DNA from: Candidatus Bathyarchaeota archaeon
GTDB taxonomy: Archaea > Thermoproteota > CALKCG01 > B24 > DRYS01
Direction: 5' to 3'
Length of the DNA: 64,000 nucleotides
NCBI GenBank assembly: GCA_018396535.1
Contig: JAGTQC010000006.1
Coordinates: forward strand, 1-64,000
The notes under the pieces are model-generated. The model did not search any database, was not told where the DNA came from, and worked only from the letters and a program-made list of their open reading frames with translations. The stretch's first letter is position 1. Each line of letters starts with the position of its first letter. This document shows positions 1 to 10,248 of the stretch, in pieces. The position numbers and the translations under genes were made by a program.

Positions 1-2
1 TG

Positions 3-290
3 AAAAGCGTTAGGGGTGCCTCAAACCTAAGCACATCTCTAGGCTTAATGCTGGCTTTTATGACGGGCATATGGTTCCCAAGGGAGTGGTTCCCAGAGTG
101 GATGCGCATATTAGCCGATTATAGTCCGGCGACATGGGCTGTGGATGCCATAAGAGATGTGATTATTTTTGAGGCTAGACTCATGGAAGTCATGCATTAT
201 GTTATTGGAGCCGTTTTAGCAGCGCTCGCAGTCCTAGCCGTTGGAGTGATGATTCATAGGAGGATGCTGAGGAAATATCTTGAAAGATAA
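3..290 (+). CDS. ABC-2 type transporter permease, C-terminal part (truncated by window edge)
   Basis: Frame is open to the window start; ABC-2 signature 'GIWFPREWFPEWMRILADYSPATWAVDAIR' plus a terminal TM helix. Confidence 0.85.
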   Translation, partial: KSVRGASNLSTSLGLMLAFMTGIWFPREWFPEWMRILADYSPATWAVDAIRDVIIFEARLMEVMHYVIGAVLAALAVLAVGVMIHRRMLRKYLER

Positions 291-479
291 TAGACTTCAT
301 CAAATAGTAAATCTTACCGTAAATGTGCATAGCATAGGTTGATACCTTCTATCTTCAGAAATAGCCTCTCCCTACCCAATTATATTAGAAGCAGCAAGAG
401 AGTCGAAGGAATATGTTATATGTGTGTTGGGAGAACGATATACTTATATGCTTGGTACTCTTTGAAACTGCATAAATGT

Positions 480-1289
480 ATGGGAATACGTAGGGTGAGG
501 GTTGGTCTTCTTAAAGCTACTCCTAAAAGATGGGATAAAGAGGCTAACTGGCTTACTATGGAGAGGCTTATTCGAGATGTAGCTCATCTTAAAATCGATA
601 TAGCCGTTACCCCCGAATGTTTTCTTGATGGATATGCTGTCGCAGAATGCCATGAAAGAAGCGGGATTGGTGAAGTAGATTGGGTTAAGAAGTTCATCGA
701 TATCGCTGAGGATGGGGAGAATGGAGCATATATACGTAAGTTAAGCTATCTTGCTCAAGAATTGGGAATTTACATTATCGTAGGGTTTACCGAGAAACTG
801 GATGGTAAACTCTTTAACGCTGCTTACCTATTTAGTAGAGATGGCGCTGTTATAGGAAGGTATCGTAAGGTCAATATTTCTTCGCATGAAAGATTGGTAT
901 ATTGCTCCGGGGATTCCTTACCAGTTTTCGATACTGTTTTCGGTAGGATCGGTATCCTCATATGTGCTGACCGTCGGTGGCCGGAGAATGTTCGAATTCT
1001 TGCACTTCAGGGAGCAGAAGTCATCTTTATACCTGCTTATGGTATGTGGCATGAGGCGAATACTATGTGGATGAGGACGCGATCTTATGAGAATGGTGTC
1101 TATATATGTTTCGCACATCCTAACATCGCTTTGATCACAAATCCTAAAGGGGACATCTCAGCAGAGCTAATATCTAATGTCGAAGATGTACTAGTTCACG
1201 ATATAGATCTAGATCTTATAGATAGAACGCACATTAAGGAAAGGAGGCCTGACCTCTACAGTATCCTATGTAGAAATTTGAAATTTTGA
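480..1289 (+). CDS. Carbon-nitrogen hydrolase (nitrilase superfamily)
   Basis: E-K-C triad motifs TPECF, YRKVN, ICADR; C-terminal RRPDLY; start moved from 339 to ATG 480, where the family N-terminus begins. Confidence 0.88.
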   Translation: MGIRRVRVGLLKATPKRWDKEANWLTMERLIRDVAHLKIDIAVTPECFLDGYAVAECHERSGIGEVDWVKKFIDIAEDGENGAYIRKLSYLAQELGIYIIVGFTEKLDGKLFNAAYLFSRDGAVIGRYRKVNISSHERLVYCSGDSLPVFDTVFGRIGILICADRRWPENVRILALQGAEVIFIPAYGMWHEANTMWMRTRSYENGVYICFAHPNIALITNPKGDISAELISNVEDVLVHDIDLDLIDRTHIKERRPDLYSILCRNLKF

Positions 1290-1439
1290 TTATCGAATTT
1301 TTACATATCGATAAAAGAGAAGATGGAATATTCTCTCAATATAATAATGTTATTTTTTCTATTATAATGAACAGGACTTAAGAATAAATATCTCCTCGAT
1401 CAAAAGATTCTTAGAAGCTATAGATTGGAGGTGAGTGGA

Positions 1440-1685
1440 ATGGAGCTCTTTAGCATATACATATTAAATCTTATCGTAACGATCGGTATGTTCATAGTTT
1501 TAATCTTTAGAGCATGGATAGAGTTGAAGCATTATAGGATTATGTGGGATGAATTGGAATGGAGGAGAACACGGCAGGTTGTAGGACGTATACTTAAGGT
1601 GGAGAAGGAGCTATTCTCGAAGGTGGAGGGTGGTGATGAGCTATATCGTCTCCTATGTAAGATTTTCGATATAGATGAGGAATAA
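1440..1685 (+). CDS. Small membrane protein, unknown function
   Basis: GGAGGTGA SD-like motif before ATG 1440; one N-terminal TM helix. Confidence 0.65.
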   Translation: MELFSIYILNLIVTIGMFIVLIFRAWIELKHYRIMWDELEWRRTRQVVGRILKVEKELFSKVEGGDELYRLLCKIFDIDEE

Positions 1686-1728
1686 TATTAGAATGCAATG
1701 CTTAAATATCGTATACTGCTAATCTGCT

Positions 1729-2871
1729 TTGGTGTCCATATTGAAGATAGTGGATGTTAAGGTACGTGAATTTATCCTTCCTAAACCTAAAGCTCCATCT
1801 AAACCGTATTTTAATGCGATAATTATGCGTAGACCTAGTATGGATAGGGTGATCCGTATAACTCAGATAGAAACAGATGAGGGTATAACAGGTTTCTGGT
1901 TTGGAGGTAACCGTGAGATTATCGAGAAACGTATCAAACCTAAGCTATTGGGTGAGAATCCTCTCATGATTGAACGTATATGGCAGAAGATGTATATGGG
2001 TGGTGATAGGAAGCCTATACCTAAGGGTGATTATATAGTTGCTATGAGTTGTGTCGATAATGCTCTATGGGATCTAGCTGGTAAGATTCTCGGTCAGCCT
2101 GTATATAGACTTCTAGGTGGTTATAGTAATCGTGTTAGAGCTTATGCAGCTGGAGGGTACTATATCGAGGGAGGATCTATAGAGGATCTTATCGAGGAGA
2201 TGTCTAGATACGTAGATGAAGGCTTTACAGCTGTTAAGATGAAGGTTGGCGGTTGGAGATTTGGAGTAGATATGAAAACTGATGTAGAGAGGGTTAAAGC
2301 TGTTAGAGAGGCTTTAGGAGATGGTATAGATATAATGGTGGATGCTAATAATGCTTGGAATGCTTATGAAGCTAAACGTTTCGCTAAGCTAGTAGAGACA
2401 TATAATCCATATTGGTTTGAGGAGCCTGTACACCCAGATGATATAGATGGAAGTATAGAGGTAAAGATGTCGACTACGATCCCTATAGCTTCAGGCGAGA
2501 ATGAGTTTACTAGATACGGTTTTAGGGATCTTATAGCTAGAAGAGCTGTGGATATAATACAGGCTGATCCTAACATAGCTGGAGGACTTACAGAAGTGCG
2601 GAAGATAGCTGCGATAGCTGCAGCATATCATATAGACTTCGCTCCGCATGGAAACTATGTAATAGGTAGTCATGCTGTAGCAGCATTTCCAAACGGTTTA
2701 ATAGTAGAATGCTTCCCGAAGTCAAGTCCATATAGAGATTCGGATGTGCATGGACTTTATAAGGATCCGATAGAGATAAGGAATGGATGGATAGAAATAC
2801 CGGATAAACCTGGTTTTGGTATAGAGATCGATGAACAGGTAGCTGAAAGATACGAGGTTAGAAAGAAGTAG
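1729..2871 (+). CDS. Mandelate racemase/muconate lactonizing enzyme family (enolase superfamily)
   Basis: DNALWDLAGK, KMKVG, MVDAN, WFEEP, GENE, PH motifs. Confidence 0.93.
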   Translation: MVSILKIVDVKVREFILPKPKAPSKPYFNAIIMRRPSMDRVIRITQIETDEGITGFWFGGNREIIEKRIKPKLLGENPLMIERIWQKMYMGGDRKPIPKGDYIVAMSCVDNALWDLAGKILGQPVYRLLGGYSNRVRAYAAGGYYIEGGSIEDLIEEMSRYVDEGFTAVKMKVGGWRFGVDMKTDVERVKAVREALGDGIDIMVDANNAWNAYEAKRFAKLVETYNPYWFEEPVHPDDIDGSIEVKMSTTIPIASGENEFTRYGFRDLIARRAVDIIQADPNIAGGLTEVRKIAAIAAAYHIDFAPHGNYVIGSHAVAAFPNGLIVECFPKSSPYRDSDVHGLYKDPIEIRNGWIEIPDKPGFGIEIDEQVAERYEVRKK

Positions 2872-4282
2872 GTTTAGCTATACGCTTCCTCTTTATCACA
2901 GCTTTAGTCCATCTACCATACTTTATCCATGCTAGAGAGAGGATCCCACCTATAAAGTTGCTTATAGCTAAGGATAGCCATGCTCCAAATGAACCCATAC
3001 CCATACTGAATGCTAGTATATAGCCTAGTAGAACCCTTAGAATCCATAATCTAAATACCCCTATAAGCGTAGGTATTAACGTATGCCCAGAACCCCTACC
3101 GACGGATAAGGCTACCTGGAATAAACCGAAGAATGCTATAGATGGTAGTACCATCTGGAGGAATAACGCTGCTTCATTTATGATATCTACATCATCTGCA
3201 AATACATCTGCTAGAGTCCATCTAATAGGATATAGTATGATGGCACCTACATAGACACCTAGGAATACTACTAACGCTGATTTTAATGCTATCTCCCTAG
3301 CCCTCCCCTCCTTCTCAGCACCTAGATTCTGCCCTACCATAACGGCTGTCGCTCCTGTTAAACCCCATAGAGCAGCATCCGCTATATCCATTATTATAAA
3401 TCCTATAGCGTATGCAGCAGATGCTATAACTCCAAGCATATTGATGATCCTCAACTGAAGTAGGAATGCAAACCCATTCATAGATCCCGTAGCTAGTATA
3501 GGTAGTCCTATACGCATAACTAGGCGTATCCATTCGATATCTATATTCCTCGTAAGCCTTATCTTAAATTCTGGATAATTCTTCATGAATATGTAGGCCA
3601 TAGCCGATATAGAAATAATCTTACCCATGACATCCGTTGCAGCTGCACCTATAACACCGAGTCTAGGGAAGGGGCCTATACCTAGAACTAGGAATGGATC
3701 AAGTATAATGTTTACGGTTACGGCTACTATATTTATGAATGCAGGTCTTCTAGTATCACCTAGAGCCTGGAGGAGTGTAGTATAGGTTAATACTATATAG
3801 TTTAGGAATACATCTATCGATATAACGGCGGAGTAATCGAGGACATAGTTTAGCATCTCCTCAGGTGTGGATAGTATCGTGGTGAATATGTATCTTCTAA
3901 GACTGAATAGTAGCATACATAGGGATAGACCTGAAGCTACCGCTACAGTCATAAAGCGTGAAGCCTCATATGTAGCCTCTTTGAAGGATTTACTACCTAT
4001 ATACTGGGATACCATGCTTAGGTTAGCTGCATTCAAAGCGTTTAGGAGAGCTTGAAATAGCATAAGGATCGGCCGTGTCTGTCTCGGCGCGACTATACTA
4101 AGTTCGCTATAACTACTAAGCCAGTATGCATCCGCGACGTTATAGGCTATCGTAACAAGCTGATTGAGCATAGGAGGTATACCGAGCCATATAAGCGTAC
4201 GTAGTATAGGTCCTTCAACTATCCTATCCCTATATCTACTTATCGTACGATACTCGCTATCGTCATCAGGGTTATCCGCCAT
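2858..4282 (-). CDS. MATE family efflux transporter
   Basis: About 12 TM helices; GDTRRP, NIILDPFLV..LGVIGAAAT and VGQNLGA motifs. Confidence 0.93.
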   Translation of the reverse strand: MADNPDDDSEYRTISRYRDRIVEGPILRTLIWLGIPPMLNQLVTIAYNVADAYWLSSYSELSIVAPRQTRPILMLFQALLNALNAANLSMVSQYIGSKSFKEATYEASRFMTVAVASGLSLCMLLFSLRRYIFTTILSTPEEMLNYVLDYSAVISIDVFLNYIVLTYTTLLQALGDTRRPAFINIVAVTVNIILDPFLVLGIGPFPRLGVIGAAATDVMGKIISISAMAYIFMKNYPEFKIRLTRNIDIEWIRLVMRIGLPILATGSMNGFAFLLQLRIINMLGVIASAAYAIGFIIMDIADAALWGLTGATAVMVGQNLGAEKEGRAREIALKSALVVFLGVYVGAIILYPIRWTLADVFADDVDIINEAALFLQMVLPSIAFFGLFQVALSVGRGSGHTLIPTLIGVFRLWILRVLLGYILAFSMGMGSFGAWLSLAISNFIGGILSLAWIKYGRWTKAVIKRKRIAKPTSF

Positions 4283-4369
4283 ACCTCTCCTTCTGCTCTA
4301 AGGGGTGTACTCCGGCTTATAAGAATTTATCGACTAAGCTTTAGTAATTCTATACGGTTCTCGGAGGGT

Positions 4370-4822
4370 TTATAGTCTCTTACCTAGTATTTCATCAAGT
4401 TTAAGATTCATCGTAAGATAGCTTACCGTAAAACCTAGAGACCTATATAGCGATAAAGCTGCTTTATTCCTCGGATCCACCTCAAGATATATTTCAGTTA
4501 CTCCCTTAGCTTTGAGTCTATCTATAAGATCTAATAAGAGACACCTACCTATACCTCTACCTCTATAGTTTTCATCTACAACTAGGAACTCTATGAATCC
4601 ATATCTCTCACACTCTATATTCTCCATAGACCCTATGACGTATCCTCCTCCAGCTCCGACTATCCTTCCATCAACTTCAGCTACCAGTATGATACCGCTT
4701 CTAGATATCTTTTTAAGGAAACGCTTAATTAACCTAGGCTTACTAGGCTTCCCCTCGAGGAATACTAGCTGTTTAAGAAGATCCACAACGGCATCGGCAT
4801 CTCTATGCCTATATCTCCTTAT
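4370..4822 (-). CDS. GNAT family N-acetyltransferase (start uncertain)
   Basis: VVDENYRGRGIG acetyl-CoA motif and NKAALSLYRSLGF; GNAT-like N-terminus TIRRYRHRDADAVVDLL lies upstream of the called GTG 4786. Confidence 0.8.
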   Translation of the reverse strand: MRRYRHRDADAVVDLLKQLVFLEGKPSKPRLIKRFLKKISRSGIILVAEVDGRIVGAGGGYVIGSMENIECERYGFIEFLVVDENYRGRGIGRCLLLDLIDRLKAKGVTEIYLEVDPRNKAALSLYRSLGFTVSYLTMNLKLDEILGKRL

Positions 4823-5018
4823 GGTAAAGTTTAAGACTCAATTGCTCTCAACCATCATGATCTATCTATCCCACCTAGATCCTGTTAGAAATGGAAGCAG
4901 GGCTATATAAGGTTTTACACATCATAGGTAGCAACACCCCCATATACCCAGAATACTAATTAGGTTTAGGTTAGAAATATATAGCCGGAGCGTATAGACC
5001 ATATCCTCGGGTGTAGGA

Positions 5019-5801
5019 GTGATGAAGATAGGCTGTACAGCATACTCCTATCGTAAACCTATCACAGACGGTAGGATGAAGCTTGAAGATTTCATAAAGA
5101 TCTGTGGAAGCTATATGCTCGATGGTGTAGAACTTACAGGCTACTACTTCGAATCTACAGATAAAAGCTATCTTAAGAGGATTAAGAGGTTATGCCTAGA
5201 TTATGGCTTAGATATATATGGCACAGCTACTAGGAGCGATTTCTGTAAGCCTTCTAGAGATGATAGGTTGAAGGAAGTGGAGCATGTTAAGCGTTGGGTA
5301 GATGTAGCATACATACTAGGAGCACCTACTCTGAGAGTATTCGCAGGTAGTATACCTCAAGGCTACAGCTTTGAAGAAGCTCTTGAATGGGTTGTGGAAG
5401 CTTTAAAGCTATGTGGATCTTATGGTGAGGAGTATGGTGTGGTAATAGCTATGGAGAATCATGGTGGAATAACATCCACCGTAGAACAGGTATCTAGAAT
5501 ACTCGATTCAGTAGGTTCTGAATGGGTTAGATTAACACTAGATCTAGGAAACTATAGAATAGATCCGTATAGAGAGATAGCTGAAAGCTTAAAGTATACT
5601 GTGAATATACATGCAAAATGCCATAAGCCTAGCCCTATAAGAGTGGACGAAGCAATAGATTATCCTAGGATAATACCGTTATTAAGGGAGCATGGATATA
5701 ACGGGTATCTATCCATAGAGTATGAGGGTATTGCACCAGCTGAGGAAGCTGTACCGATAGTCGTAAATGGTTTAAGAAGACTTCTAGGTAGAGTAGAGTG
5801 A
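5019..5801 (+). CDS. Sugar phosphate isomerase/epimerase (xylose isomerase-like TIM barrel)
   Basis: MENHGG, LDLGN, HAK, GYLSIEYE motifs. Confidence 0.9.
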   Translation: MMKIGCTAYSYRKPITDGRMKLEDFIKICGSYMLDGVELTGYYFESTDKSYLKRIKRLCLDYGLDIYGTATRSDFCKPSRDDRLKEVEHVKRWVDVAYILGAPTLRVFAGSIPQGYSFEEALEWVVEALKLCGSYGEEYGVVIAMENHGGITSTVEQVSRILDSVGSEWVRLTLDLGNYRIDPYREIAESLKYTVNIHAKCHKPSPIRVDEAIDYPRIIPLLREHGYNGYLSIEYEGIAPAEEAVPIVVNGLRRLLGRVE

Positions 5802-5913
5802 AAGTGAGGCATATAGTCGATTCCTAGCTTATTTTTCCTAGATAAAACATATTGTTAAGCACGATTTTCATCGCATATACTTAAGTATAGTATCTAGGTG
5901 GATTAGATAGGGT

Positions 5914-7185
5914 GTGAGTGTAAAGATAGATGTTTCTAACTCTTGGAGAATAGAGGTAGGTGTAGGACCGGCTGAGCATGGAGTCTACGTGGATGGATAC
6001 CTATATCTCGCCCCTACCTTTAAGAGCGAATTTTGGAAGGTTGATCCTGAAACCGGAACTATACTCTACAAGTATAGTATGCCTGGCTATGTCTGGGGGG
6101 CCCCGTTAGTAGATAGATCTGGGCTTTATGGTGCATCGATGGGAGGCGATGTAGTAAAATTCGGATCTAACTATGATATCGTATGGAAGGTGAATACAGG
6201 TCTAGGTGATTTTATAGCTGAAGCCGTTATTGAAGCTTGGGGTAGATGCTTAGCAGTACAATATCCTAGAGGTATAGCCATCATAGATAAGGGTAGTGGG
6301 GAGATATTATGGATCGATGAATGGGTACCTGAAGTACCTAGAGGGCAGGAGCCGACGTTCGATTATGAAACAGGAATTCTATGGGTTTGCCGACCGACGT
6401 TAGAAAGTAACCTCGTAGCTTACGATATAGATGGTAGGAAGATTCATGTAATCGATCTACCCTCTCCACCGACTACCTATGCATGTCCACAGATATGGGC
6501 TGGCTACATCATGATAACGTGTAGGAGACATATAGTGGTTCTAGATAGAGGTTCTGGGAAGATTCTATGGGTGAGAGAATTTCCTAAGGTTATTTATGGA
6601 GGTAGAGAGCAGGATCCATTAGATGGTGGGCCTAGAACTCTAACGCATGATGGTAGAGCAGTTATATGGACGACTGACGGTGTCTTCATATGCTTCGATA
6701 TAGTTGATGGTGAGGAAATTTGGCAGATCGATTTTAAACAACTCGGTTACACTTCCAGCGAATGTAGTGATCCATGGGGGTATGCTGGAGGAGTAGCTAT
6801 CGATGGAGTCTTCATAATCCTTGGAAGAAATAATCTCCCAGAGGGTTCAGGGCCATTCTCCATCGATAGAAACCGGTTATTCATAATAGACTATAGATCA
6901 GGTGAGATATTGTATGCTTCTGAACCAGTTTATCAAATGGCATGTTGTTGTAAACCGATAGTAGCGAAGGGTAGAGTTATAATCGGGAGTTGGTATAAGG
7001 ATTCAAAGGGTAGGACTTACCAGAACTTCTATAACTGCTGGAGGATTAAGCTATCGGATAATAGAAGGGAAAGAATCGTGCTAGATAGAGATTATACCTG
7101 GCTTGGAGGATCACATCATGGAGGATACTCAAAGGGCTGTCTACTAGGTATTGAAAGAAAATCTAGAAATAGTATTAATAGCTAG
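5914..7185 (+). CDS. PQQ-like beta-propeller repeat protein
   Basis: Repeated D..tGeilW-type blade motifs (DPETGTILY, DKGSGEILW, DRGSGKILW, DIVDGEEIW, DYRSGEILY). Confidence 0.75.
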   Translation: MSVKIDVSNSWRIEVGVGPAEHGVYVDGYLYLAPTFKSEFWKVDPETGTILYKYSMPGYVWGAPLVDRSGLYGASMGGDVVKFGSNYDIVWKVNTGLGDFIAEAVIEAWGRCLAVQYPRGIAIIDKGSGEILWIDEWVPEVPRGQEPTFDYETGILWVCRPTLESNLVAYDIDGRKIHVIDLPSPPTTYACPQIWAGYIMITCRRHIVVLDRGSGKILWVREFPKVIYGGREQDPLDGGPRTLTHDGRAVIWTTDGVFICFDIVDGEEIWQIDFKQLGYTSSECSDPWGYAGGVAIDGVFIILGRNNLPEGSGPFSIDRNRLFIIDYRSGEILYASEPVYQMACCCKPIVAKGRVIIGSWYKDSKGRTYQNFYNCWRIKLSDNRRERIVLDRDYTWLGGSHHGGYSKGCLLGIERKSRNSINS

Positions 7186-7245
7186 GAGATTTAACCCCCT
7201 CACCACTTAAATTTGATAAAGGAGATCGAAGAGGAATAGTTAGAT

Positions 7246-8187
7246 ATGGCGTTGGATAGATTGTATAGGAGAGAGTTTACGTTAGCCTTCATCCTATCAG
7301 CTTTACTTACGCTCGCCCTCTTCTATTCGACTTTTGAAATACCGGTAATTCTAGATAAGATACTCGTAGAGTACTTTCCTGAAGTCTTCTTTGATGTTGA
7401 AGCGATCGAGAAGGTACTTAGCATCTTAAGACCTATAGGATATACAGCTTTCACAGTAGTGGTTATTCTAATAATCTTAGGCTTTATCGTTAAGAAGATA
7501 TCCCTGGCTTTCCTAGGCTCTATAGCTCTTTATATCCCTATATTTAGCTACTTCGCATTCGCAATGTTCTTCCTTACCGGCTTAGGAGTCTTAAGGTCTC
7601 TCTGGCTACCGATAATCGAGCTCTCCCCATCGATCCTAAAGTTAGGTAGCATAGTATATCTACCATTTAGCATTGTTCCATACGCACCTACAGTAGGGAT
7701 GGTGATAGTATTCATAGGCCTCTCCATATTCTCCTTTAGTACGACTACATGGCTCTACGGAAGGTTTAGAAGCTATGAGCTAATGGACTTCTGGATATAC
7801 AGGTATAGTAGACATCCACAGTATCTCGGATACATACTTTGGAGTTATGGTCTTCTAGTATTTGTAAGCTATAAAACCTATGTGAGAGGGGCATTTACAA
7901 CCCCTCCAGCACTCCTATGGCTCATAATAACGATGATAGTGATAGGGGTAGCCTTATTAGAAGAGCTGAAGATGATTAAAAAGTATGGAGAAAGGTATGA
8001 AGAGTACCGTAGAAGAACCCCCTTCATGATCCCCCTACCTAAACCCCTAACCAAAATAATCACCTTACCAATGAAAATTGTTGGAGAATGCTTGAAAAAT
8101 ACGAAGGAAATAGTAGCTGTGATAATACTCTACACAACTATAATCATCGCTATATCATACATTACTACGTTAATCTTAGAGATCTAG
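7246..8187 (+). CDS. Integral-membrane methyltransferase-like protein (ICMT/PEMT/DUF1295 family)
   Basis: Multiple TM helices; IYRYSRHPQYLG and EE..M.KKYGERYEEYRRRTPFMIP motifs. Confidence 0.82.
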   Translation: MALDRLYRREFTLAFILSALLTLALFYSTFEIPVILDKILVEYFPEVFFDVEAIEKVLSILRPIGYTAFTVVVILIILGFIVKKISLAFLGSIALYIPIFSYFAFAMFFLTGLGVLRSLWLPIIELSPSILKLGSIVYLPFSIVPYAPTVGMVIVFIGLSIFSFSTTTWLYGRFRSYELMDFWIYRYSRHPQYLGYILWSYGLLVFVSYKTYVRGAFTTPPALLWLIITMIVIGVALLEELKMIKKYGERYEEYRRRTPFMIPLPKPLTKIITLPMKIVGECLKNTKEIVAVIILYTTIIIAISYITTLILEI

Positions 8188-8229
8188 TATAATTACCTAA
8201 AAACTGGTGAAATCGAAGTTTATATAACA

Positions 8230-9000
8230 TAACTAGAAAATGAATTGAATGAGGGGCTCACATATTCTTCATTCGTATACGCAAAAATTATCCTGTCGGA
8301 TTCATCAGAAGTTATAATTCCTATACTTTGCTTCTGTACTTATTCCATCTAATATTCTGCAGTTGGCGGAGCTGATACAAATATTTTTCCAAATACCTGT
8401 TTGACTCGTACATATACCTGCACATTTGTGAAATACCATGAGATTCCTCGATTATCCTTTCTTGAGCCTCATCCTCAATTGTACAAGCCTAGGTTCTGTT
8501 CCATCATTTTCAGCTCTCACTAAACAGGTAATTCCTCTTTCTAAATTTAACTCCAGTAAGATAGGATAGTAGAAATACTTCGACTTCGTATCCTTAATCG
8601 ATTTCCCCATCAATTACTAGCACACTTAGAGGATCTTTATTTTTCTTCAGAAGTTTTAAAACTAATATCGAATCTACTTTCGGCAAAGTATCGATATCAA
8701 GGCCTTCCTATCTCAAACGTCTTATTGGAATAAGAGTAATCCAGAGCAAGTCATGTTCATGTAGCGTAATTTACTAACTCCTTATCTTTATAAAGATAAA
8801 ATACGCACGTGCATCCGTAAACGCCTGGCAAGTAAGCTTCTTTTACTGAAGTTTTCAGATCAAGGATATTACTTAAATCTGAATATGGCTCCTTAAAATA
8901 TCCTGTATTTCTTTTAAACTGTCTTTTCGATTCCGCCCACATCGCTTTTCTTAATATGAATACACTAAAACGTTATTCTCATAGACCTAAATATTGTGCT
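8230..9000 (-). pseudogene. Decayed AT-rich coding remnants of unknown family
   Basis: Minus-strand protein-like stretches broken by stops (e.g. EGLDIDTLPKVDSILVLKLLKKNKDPLSVLVIDGEID*); composition differs from flanks; lies 3' of tRNA-Arg. Confidence 0.4.
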
Positions 9001-9125
9001 CATTGAGCTGGACTAGTAATTTTTCATCCTTTAAGATACTATTCGAAATACCTGTGATCTTTCATAGCAAACGTCTTTACTAGTTAAACATAAATTGTTA
9101 ACAAACAAAATTCATAGAAGCAAAG

Positions 9126-9200
9126 CGGACCCGGCGGGATTTGAACCCGCGACCACCGGCTCCGAAGGCCGGTACGCTATCCTGGCTGCGCTACGGGTCC
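9126..9200 (-). tRNA. tRNA-Arg(UCG)
   Basis: Cloverleaf GGACCCG...CGGGTCC-G; anticodon arm CCGGC-CTTCGGA-GCCGG; T-loop GGTTCAAATCC. Confidence 0.97.
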
Positions 9201-9306
9201 TTAATCTATCAGTTACTATGGGTTTCGTCTATATATTGCTTTATATTCGTGGTGTTATAGCTTTATCCTGCTTTACCTAGTCTATATTTTTGAGGGTTAT
9301 CTTGGA

Positions 9307-10248
9307 ATGCCGTATGTACTGAGGTTATTCGATCCATGGCGTAACCCTATGTGTACGTGTCCTCCTAAGTATAGTTTATCACCCTATACTGGATGCGGTC
9401 ATATGTGTCGATATTGCTATATAACTTCTTATATAAGGGATGGGTTTAAACCTAGGGTTAAGGAGAACTTCATTTCTAAGCTTCTAATCGATCTCAGAAA
9501 GATCGATAGATCTATACCTATATCTATTTCTAATAGCTCTGATCCTTATACTCCTCAAGAGTATGGTTTGAAGATTACACGTGAAACTCTAAGAATACTA
9601 GCTTCTAGAGGTTTTAAGGTTATAGTTTTAACGAAATCGGATATGGTTGTTAGAGATATTGATATCCTACGTAGGGGTATGTTTACCGTTAGTATGACTG
9701 TAACGACTATAGATGATAGAATCGCTAGCGTTTTAGAACCGTATGCTCCACCACCGCTATCTAGGATTAAGGCTTTAGAGATGCTTACAAGTATGGGTAT
9801 ACCATGCTCTGCTAGGATAGATCCTATTATACCAGGGGTTAACGATGATCCTAGGAGTTTAGCTAAGCTCATCAGTAGGCTTGCAGAGATAGGTGTTAGA
9901 CATATAGCCTCCTCGACGTACAAAGCTAAACCAGACAATTTTAGACGTATGATCGAAGCTCTACCTGAAAAATCGACGTTACTGAGGAGACTCTACTATG
10001 ATGAAGGATATATAATTCATGGTGTACGATACCTTCCATCGAAGCTTAGATTAGACTATATGCGTATGGTTAAAGAGATCGTCGAATCATACGGGATGAC
10101 ATTCTCATCATGCCGTGAAGGATTTCGTGAGCTACAGAGTTCACCTACATGCGATGGAACACATCTTATACCATCAGAAAATCCTAGTAGATCGAGGATT
10201 AGCTTAGACGATTATGATGTAGATGGAATAGGATATGTTTCACCGTAG
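9307..10248 (+). CDS. Radical SAM protein, spore-photoproduct-lyase-like family
   Basis: PYTGCGHMCRYCY, SSDPY, LTKS, RIDPIIPGVND motifs. Confidence 0.88.
   Translation: MPYVLRLFDPWRNPMCTCPPKYSLSPYTGCGHMCRYCYITSYIRDGFKPRVKENFISKLLIDLRKIDRSIPISISNSSDPYTPQEYGLKITRETLRILASRGFKVIVLTKSDMVVRDIDILRRGMFTVSMTVTTIDDRIASVLEPYAPPPLSRIKALEMLTSMGIPCSARIDPIIPGVNDDPRSLAKLISRLAEIGVRHIASSTYKAKPDNFRRMIEALPEKSTLLRRLYYDEGYIIHGVRYLPSKLRLDYMRMVKEIVESYGMTFSSCREGFRELQSSPTCDGTHLIPSENPSRSRISLDDYDVDGIGYVSP

Noticed and set aside
9095-9280. Short ORFs overlapping tRNAs (also 28230-28463 and 34105-34293)
   Set aside because: They are translations of tRNA sequence (e.g. PAGFEPAT), not proteins.
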